Shown: positions 55,521 through 64,000 of the stretch, in pieces
How the letters are laid out: each line of letters opens with the position of its first letter
Position numbering within the stretch: the stretch's first letter is position 1
DNA from: Octopus sinensis
Lineage: Eukaryota
Direction of reading: 5' to 3'
DNA length: 64,000 nucleotides
Assembly (NCBI RefSeq): GCF_006345805.1
Contig: NC_043011.1
Span: forward strand, 63,686,464 to 63,750,463
The notes under the pieces: generated by a model
Told to the model about the DNA's origin: nothing
The model's input: only the letters and a program-made list of their open reading frames with translations
The model's database searches: none
Position numbers and translations under genes: made by a program

Positions 55521-55707
55521 TTCTGGAAATTCGTATCTCGAAAGTCTCATTATTTCGGACCCTCTTGATTCAAGGTTACCACTGTGTGTGTGTGTGCGTG
55601 CGCACACGTGTGTTTGTGTTTGTATGTGTACAGAGGTAGATAGATAGATAGATAGATAGATGGATAGATAGATAGATAGAAAGATAGGTAGATAGATATA
55701 CGTACAC

Positions 55708-55751
<44 letters not shown>

Positions 55752-56484
55752 TACCGAAACTGCGAAAAGTGTCAATGGAGAATGAGGGAGCAACTGAAAT
55801 TATTCAATTCACAATACCTGGAACAATGATTGATGAGTGGGAAACGTTTGACACAGACCAATAGATCGATATGCAGCCTGTGATGGTTGACGAAGAAGGT
55901 CGCCTCAGTGATTAAGCGATGGAAACCATTAAGATTCTATACATGTGAGTAAATACGAGAAAAAGAAATACTAAAGGACGTACAGAAGTTCGTTAAAGAC
56001 TTCCTGCCAAGTTTCGATATGCTAATGTACTCCAAAGATGGTCGCCTGCGAACTCACGTTCCTTACCTACTCATCAAAAATCGAGATCAACTTCTGTATG
56101 AAATTATGATTCAAAGCTAAGGAATCTCTGAAGAATTTACGTATCGCGCAAAACATGGAATGAATGTATCTGTATTTACACTGTTACTTGTTCCACTCAT
56201 TAGACAACGGCCGTCCTGTGGCACTGTGTTGAGACTGTTTGTCTGATTAATCGACTTTAATACCTGCTAATCATTCTGTCGGTATATTTTTCTCGAACCG
56301 CTAATTCACAGATTCACAGGCCAAACACATCAACACCGAATTTCAAGCAGCGTTTGGAGTCAAACAAATAGACTCATACACAAGTATATATTAATATACA
56401 TATGCTTACATGCATACATACATACACACACACACATATATATATGTATGTATGTATATATGTATATATATATATATATAAATA

Positions 56485-56534
<50 letters not shown>

Positions 56535-56536
<2 letters not shown>

Positions 56537-56730
56537 ACCTCGTGTGTACCGTTGGCGATTTTTTTCCTCTGTTTTCCCTTCTCTGGATCTTTCCTTCTCC
56601 CATGTTTCCAACGAAGAGATCCGTTCGAAACGTTAAACCCTCCTTCTTTCCTTCTTTCATGAGCGTCCAATAATACTATATTTGTTCCACGTCCTCGCGT
56701 TGTTGTGTATTTTTGTGCTTTCTTGTTTGG

Positions 56731-56732
<2 letters not shown>
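56535..56732 (+). mobile_element. Third family-B terminal repeat with degenerate hammerhead at 56604-56638
   Basis: GTTT-CCAACGA-A-GAGA-tcc-GTTC-GAAAC-GTT-AAAC, flanked by (TA)n. Confidence 0.7.
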
Positions 56733-56790
<58 letters not shown>

Positions 56791-59711
56791 TTGATTCTTT
56801 GAACATTTACTTGAGAATACTAGCAGCGATAAGTTTAGTTGTTCTCGGATCGATTTACCGTTCATTTTCTAATAACACGTTTGCAGAAACTTCCCTCATT
56901 TCCTTGTAGCAATGATGGCTGTTTCAGATGCTTGTTTTGCAGTTATAATGTGAGATAGATAGTGATAAAATGCATATCCATGTAACTATATTATATTCTC
57001 GCTGGAGTCTAACGTTGCAATATATTACGTATTATATGATGTACATATATAATATGTACATTATCTGTGTATGTCGATATACTTTACTTACAGGTAACAT
57101 CCAGCTTTCTCTGCGATGTTGGAGGACTTTTAATAAACAGATTTATCTTAAGGGAAACACATTATTCTGCTGTACTGATGTCAATACTATATCAGTGAGA
57201 ATTGTTCATATGGAGACATAAGGCTTTAGAGAACGCCGAAATGTTGCTGCAAGAGCATCGAAATATGTACCATGAGAGTTGCTGATACGGCTGATGTATG
57301 TAATAACATACGAGGCATTTTTTGTATCTGACAATCGAACATGAAATATTTTCTTTGAAAAACACACAGTAGTGTTCTATCTCTCTTATTTTTTTTTGTT
57401 TTGTTTTTGTTTTTGAAGTTGGTTTATCGATTTGTATCAATACATTACACCTTTCGAAAGAGGAACAATGGCAAGAAATACGGAACTCAATTGATTATAT
57501 AAAAAGACAGCCGATTGCTGTCTCCCATTCAATTGTTAACAATGAAATTCGTAAACGTAGCAAGATTTATGTCCAAATGGAATTAGACGGAAACGAACTT
57601 TATCATGTTTGCGTAATACTAACCCTATGTATAATGGAAATATTGAGGCCCGAAAGTCAACCGAAAAGGAGAGGATAAGGACAGAAGAACGAGTCAATAC
57701 ACAAAATAATTCGCAACAAAATCCTGCAGCCTTAACGGAAAGGCATTCAGCAACACACATCAAAGAAACCATTAATTTAAACAACGATCAGGATCGATGG
57801 GATATTTGTCGTAGCACGGAAAAACATTTTAATTACTTCTATCGCCTGCTACGGAACATCTGAATCTAGCTCATATAAGAAAACAGGTTGTCGAAGTAAG
57901 TTCATATATCTGCGTGTTTATTTGCGAGAATGTGTGTGTGTGTGTGTGTGCGTGCGGCTCTCAATATCGGTGTTTAATAATTGATTGTTGCATTCGACCA
58001 TCCAATATATTGGTAAAAACCTTTCCTTACTACTGTATTTATCGGTTTTCGTTGTTCAGTGCAAACTATATTACAGAATAAGATTTTGATGAGGAATTGA
58101 AGGAAACATTTTTTTTGCATATTACCTTAAATATTAGTCCTATTCTCTTTAATCCGTCTAATTCGTTTCTAGTTAGGTGTCAGATGATTTACATCATGGG
58201 AAATGTGTACAGGAATAGGTCAAATGAGTTATGTCAGACGGCTAAACTTGTAAACGTAGCCGTAATCTCATTCACTCTTTAATATACAGCTTTGTGGCCA
58301 TTACACTGTGTAACATTTTTTTTTAAAGCAATTTGTTTTTGGCCCCTGTTTTTTGTTTCTTAATTGCTTCTATCTGGAAATCAAAGGAAATGACTACTAT
58401 TCCCTTCAAACTGTACTTATGTTACTTGGGCATCAATTTGCTGATACAGAAATATCGTTAAAGCAAATATACTGCTCAACACTATAGATTTGCCTGTCCG
58501 TCGCTGGACCTTAATCACATGTGCAGATCCGTTTATGACTGACAATATGTGGCTCTTTGATTCTGAGCAGGAGTAGTGTTGAAGCGTCTAGCCATGTATT
58601 GAGAGGGATACTTTGGAGTTTAGTAAATGTAAGAAACACGGGATTTGAAGGAAATATAAAATATTTTCATTATTTTTAGAAGTAAGCAAAAGGGAAATAA
58701 GAATTGCTTCCAAAGAACAAAAAAAAAACATGTTGCATAGTGTTAACTATACGGGAAACAAAGAAACAAATGTGAAATCTTGCAATCAAACTACATGCAT
58801 GATGATATTACTTTGAATGACATGAGCAGGAAAATACACAATATTTTCCAATATTATGGCTATAATTTGTTATTATTACCTGGCCCTTTAAACCGCCTTT
58901 AACCAGAAGCTTTCATATATTTCACATCATGATGAAGTTTCTAAATTTCATTTAAATTTCTTGTGTTGTCGGTTTCTTTTGATTATTGAAATGCAACAGT
59001 GCTGACGCCATTATGAAAGTCGAACAAACGGATCCTAGTAACAATTATTTTTTAAAATTCTGGTATTTATTCATTGACAACTTTAGCCGAACTATTCGTT
59101 ACATGTACGAAAGCAAACCAAAACTAGTTGCGAAGTTGCAAAGAATACAAACTCAAGAATACTCAACTACACACACACACAAGCACACATGCACACACGC
59201 ACACATGCACACAAGCACACACACACACAAGCACACATGCGCACACGCACATCTATATGTATAGCTTTCTGCTAATATATGTTACCCAAATTACTCGGCA
59301 ACTGGTGTCGGTTTCTTTTCATCCACATAACATAGCATTTCCATGAAAGAGGACGATAGCATAAATACCACAGAATAATTAATTGGATCGACATGTTGGA
59401 CCAAATCCCTGAAGACGGTGGCGTCGCATGGCGAATTTCTACAAACTGGAACAAATAAAAGATTTAAAAGAAACGCAAATATAGCCTCATAGATTTTTAT
59501 TTCAGTATGTTTTCCGAAAGTATGTCTCATTGTTTGAAATGTGATCTACAAAAGAAATAGAAACATCCATGTGTTAAAAATATGTATTGGGGGACATTTG
59601 ATGTTAAATTTTTAAAATTCTATTTACCGAAGAGTTGTGTGTATTGACATGACAACGGCAATATTATTTTCTACTCTGGACACCATGGCGAAACATTGGG
59701 GGAGGGGCCAG

Positions 59712-59950
59712 GCGATTAGATCGACCCCAGTACGCAACCTGTACTTAATTTATTGACCCTGAAATGATGGAAGGGAGAGTCGACCTCGGCGGAATTTGAA
59801 CTCAGAACGTAACAATTCCGCCAAGGTCGACTTATCTTTTTATCCTTTCGAGGTCGATAAATGAAGTACCAACTGCGTGGAGGGGGTCGATCTAATCGAC
59901 TAGCTCCCTCCCCAAAATATCGAATCTTGTGCCTAGAATAGAAATGACTA
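59712..59950. mobile_element. Two octopus SINE fragments in inverted orientation
   Basis: 59712-59812 (minus) and 59813-59950 (plus) both match the 5520-5620 segment. Confidence 0.75.
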
Positions 59951-60257
59951 TTTACGTATGCTCAGCGTAGGCACGTCCGCACGTAGGCACCAAACAATAG
60001 CAACAACAGGGTTACGTTGTTATTCTGTTATCATGTAGATATTTCAGTCCTGTTACAGTGATATGCATATGATATTATGTAGATATCAATGTAGTATTGT
60101 GCAGATATTAACACTACTATAAGAGTGATGTAGAAATGTTCGAATAATATTCCTTACCTTATTGAGATCTTCACGCCTGTCTCATCGAGACCAATGAAGA
60201 ATGTAAGTACTTTTAGCGTCATAAATATTCTCTCAAGTCCAATGTGTTTCTCTTCTG

Positions 60258-60367
60258 TTACACCAACAACGATATAATGAGTATCAGTAATACATTCTGC
60301 GAAATGGCATTACTGGATGCAACATGTATTTCTATTTCTCTCTTATGTTCAACGGACGTATGTACGC
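60258..60367 (-). CDS. Gene g1 terminal exon: (C)VHTSVEHKREIEIHVASSNAISQNVLLILIISLLV*, GPI-signal-like
   Basis: Acceptor tttattttcactattccag, phase 1, ASSNA followed by a hydrophobic C-terminus, TAA stop. Confidence 0.75.
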
Positions 60368-60864
60368 CTGGAATAGTGAAAATAAATGTATAACTGGCTT
60401 TCGATCATATATTACTTTGATGTGTACAGTTTCATTTACTAAACTGCCTCAGATAAACTTTCATTGAAATTGTATATTCCACTACTTTCCATTTATAATA
60501 TGAGCATCTACGTAGTTTATTTTTCTTTTTACATCAACTAAAATGACTTCTATTAAATCGTATTTAGTTATCAATCAACAATTATGGACTTTCGTTTATA
60601 TAAACTTAGAATATAGAAAACCATAGGAGGGCGGAAAACGATCTTCATTACCCAATCGGATATTTAAATTAGATTATATTAATTACTGATTCTCGCTGAG
60701 GAAGAAGGACAGAATTTTTAGAGACGATGCTTATTATATCGACGTGAGCCATTCGATGGTCCTTTATTTTATTGTCTCCGAAAACATAAAAAAAAATCAA
60801 AGCACTGAACAGTTGGAGTTTTGGAATTTAAATTCAAAAAGTGAAAAAAAAGAATTAACGAACA

Positions 60865-61380
60865 TAGGGGCAGGCATGGCTGTGTGGTAAGAAGTTTGCT
60901 TCCCAACCGCACAGCCAGGGTTCTTTCCCACTGCGTGGCACCTTTGTCTATTGTGTTCTACTACAGCCTCGGACCGACTAAGCCTTGTGAGTGGATTTGG
61001 TAGACAGAACATAAAAGAAGCCGGTCATAAATCCATGTACGCATTTGTGTGTGTGTGTGTGTGTGTGTTGTCTGTGTGTATGTGTTGTCTGTGTGTGTGT
61101 GCGTGTTGTCTGTGTGTGTGTGTTGTCTGTGTGTGTGTGTGTTGTATGTGTGTGTGTGTGTGTTGTCTCTGTGTGCGTGTAGTGTTTGTCTCTCTGATAT
61201 CCACTTGACAATCGGTATTGTTTACGTAACTATGACCTTGTCTTTTGGCAAAATACACCGATGAAGAAAGCACCAGGCTCTGAAAAAAGTACTAGCTCTT
61301 GGGGCGATTCTCTGGACTAAAATTCATTAAGGTGCAGCTCCAGCATTGCTACAGTCTAATGTCAGAAACAATTAGAAGTT
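60865..61380 (+). mobile_element. Octopus SINE with expanded internal (GT)-rich tract
   Basis: Homologous to 10549-10962. Confidence 0.8.
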
Positions 61381-61921
61381 AAAAACAAATTACCAATTAT
61401 TTTGCTAACCAGTCACTTTTGATTTTTAAAAAAATTATTGACGGTTTTTATATTTGCTAAAAGTACATTGTCGAGTTCATTTTCGTGTCTAGTTTTCAAG
61501 ATTCATTATTCGAATTCGTATGTGGAAACCAATTTTGTTGCGCCTAGGGAGGGTCATTATTACAATATTCTTAACTCACACATTAAGTTCCTTTTTAAAA
61601 TTTATAATCAATGTAATTTATATTTCTCTTTAAATCAATTAGATTGACTTGTACGAAATCGTTATTAGTCACCACCCAACGGTACGGACATCGGTTTGTA
61701 CAAAAATAGGATATAAAGAACCATAAAACAGCGGTTGGAGGAGATTTTGTAGGCGCGTTTATTAACAATATTAGCATAATGACTTTCCCTATACACAACA
61801 AAAAATGTTATGCTGATTTGAATAAAACATGAACAGTTAACAATTATATTTATCATGGAAAATACGGTTTTTTTAAAACCTGCTTCTAGAACAGAGACTC
61901 AAATAATTAAAAATATCTTAC

Positions 61922-62010
61922 AACGGCACGCTCTCATATAGAGATTTTTGAAACGAATACTGCATTCATCGGATAATTTTTCGAAACATTTGTAGTTTGC
62001 AAGCGTCCGT
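61922..62010 (-). CDS. Gene g1 exon 3: RTLANYKCFEKLSDECSIRFKNLYMRACR
   Basis: Acceptor cactttattcttatccag, donor GTAAGA, 89 nt, phase 2->1, R1/C8/C16/Y24/C28 conserved. Confidence 0.83.
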
Positions 62011-63427
62011 CTGGATAAGAATAAAGTGAATGCATTATGGAAAATATCTTTCTAAAAAACAGCATTTTTTCATTATTTATAATTTTTATATTTCGAAGTC
62101 ATATCATTTCGGCGTCTAGGTGGGTTTCCTAATTATGGCTTTCGTAAATATCTAACACGAAGATCGCAATAATTTTAAAGAATGACTTAGTTAAGCGAAA
62201 CTAAACGGAATCATTATTATATTAGAAATTTTTAAAAATTGCTTTTTTACATTTTACCAACATTTTAGTTCTCAGATTATTTTGTCAAGTATATTGGATT
62301 TGTGTGCGTGTGTGTGTATTTGTGTGTGTATGTGTGTGCGCGGCGCGTGTCCGTGCGTGCGTGCATGTGTGTGTGTTCATATATGTATACGCGCGTGTGT
62401 GTACCACTTGTTGACAACTGGTCTTGTTTAGGCCCTCAGTAAATTTGTCGTTCGCAAAAGAACCGATGAATTGGCACAAGGCTTATTAGAATGACATTGT
62501 AATGTATTTGGGAAAGGTCAACTTTGTTTGGTTTTCATATAAAACAGGTAGAATATTTTCCCCGTGCATGGCCGATCTAAATACTAAAGGTTTAAGTAAA
62601 ATGTATGACAGAATTATTTGGACACTGGGTAAATTAATGCGACACGTGTATCGTTGGGTGGTCGACTTTAGGATTTGTTAGATCACGATAATTTATAAGC
62701 CAAGATCAAGCAAATTTCTTTAATGAAAAGATGGCAATATGAACATCAGCAAGATTAATATCGATGTAATAAATAATTGTTAACACAATACGATTTATTG
62801 AACAATTGAAATTGTATATCCACTAAAAATTGATTTTTTTTTTCTAAATTTAGAAACTAGTCAAGATATTTTGAAGTCAGGCATTATTTCAGTACATCGG
62901 TTACCAGTATTAAATTTGCGCATTAGAGTATGGTCCAGAGAAGGTAAAAACAGATATGGAATCGGTAGAATATGACCTCATCTTGCAAAGATGCGGAACA
63001 AACAATTTCTGTTTATTTGGCTTTTGTGACTTTAATAACTGCTAACCACTGAATTCTTGTCGATGCAGTATTGTTATTAATTAGACTACCTGTAACCCAT
63101 TGGGTCACTAACGGTTCAAGTTATAAAACACTGAAGTTGACCATAAAATTACATTGAAATAAAAGTAAATTTTATGATGATTCAGTTAAATATTTCAATT
63201 CGTTAATGTTATTACAGATCTAACTTATAAGTTCATATTTAAGGCTTTATTGATCATTTACAGCATATAATAGAAACAGAACTTGAACTCCAGTAATTGC
63301 ATTTATTTATGCCATATGTGCACACTTCTACAAAAATGCAAATGGAGTTGTTATATAGCGTGAACATGAAAGTAATGGCAACAATTTTCACAGTAAAGAT
63401 TATTTGCCAATATAACATTGCTCTCCT

Positions 63428-63608
63428 GGTTTAGGATGAATGTTGCTGTAATTTAGCCTCAGGAGACATCGTCTCCAATTGGCTATACGACAATATCTGT
63501 GTCCTTAGATTTTCGAACATGGGATTCTAGCACCCCCAATCTCGCACGTATAGCAAGCTGGAAACGATGACTTCTAGGGTTAAATTACAGCAACATTAGT
63601 CCTAAACC
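63428..63608. mobile_element. Foldback MITE with long imperfect TIRs
   Basis: ggtttagga..aatgttgctgtaattta.cc vs gggttaaattacagcaacattagtcctaaacc. The inverted match continues inward. Confidence 0.8.
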
Positions 63609-64000
63609 CGTACTGCCATGTTATGTTGGCAAATAATCTTTACCCCAATGTACTGTTGCTTAATATCTCTCGTTGTGTGATTTACAAATAGTAATTTTCT
63701 AATTTCCACAGTATTATATATTCGGTTTTCAGAGTTGTGTTACTTTCGGAGTATATTTCAATTATGGGCTATTTATGAAAGTACCCACCAACACACTTTC
63801 ACCTCCACCACCACCTACACCCCCACCAAATCCACCACCACACCAGCACCAAGAAATCGTGTACCTCAAGAATCCGTGGTCCGATTTACGCCAAACTTGT
63901 TTTATTCCGTTTCAGGAGAGGTACATTACTTTCACAGTATTTTCCAATCATGCACCGTTTTGGCTGTAGTGAATGACGGAGAAGCGTGCAAGCGCAGAAT

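Noticed and set aside
62500-62830. Possible Tc1-like N-terminal remnant
   Set aside because: No TIR or catalytic motif could be supported.
62906-63029. C-x7-stop segment resembling exon 3
   Set aside because: Weak acceptor, wrong spacing, in-frame TGA. g1 already has a proper exon 3.
63925-64000. Possible exon 2 of g1 (...QPKRCMIGKYC)
   Set aside because: P and YC are in register, but A18, D28 and C15 are absent and the nearest GT gives the wrong phase. Truncated by the window edge.

Overview
AT-rich, microsatellite-dense eukaryotic DNA, most likely an octopod cephalopod (inferred from the SINE families and repeat landscape). There is no prokaryotic gene, rRNA, true tRNA or CRISPR array. 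The main result is invisible to the ORF track. The minus strand carries a tandem cluster of at least four paralogous, spliced genes for small (~106-108 aa) secreted proteins with a GPI-anchor-like tail and a 6-Cys core, C-x7-C-x16-C-x8-C-x7-C-x11-C. Paralogous exons share lengths (100 nt, 89 nt), intron phases (1, 2, 1) and invariant residues. Two genes are complete and intact (12381->5806 and 38764->23524). Two are partly reconstructed (49035->45858 and 62010->60258). The introns and spacers hold: a head-to-tail array of R4/Dong-like RLE retrotransposons separated by (TAA)n; a deleted Neptune-type Penelope element; at least nine hammerhead-ribozyme-like motifs, including one in a tRNA-headed SINE; many octopus SINEs; fragments of Tc1/mariner, Gypsy, CR1, RTE and Helitron-like elements; foldback MITEs; and an 88-bp minisatellite.
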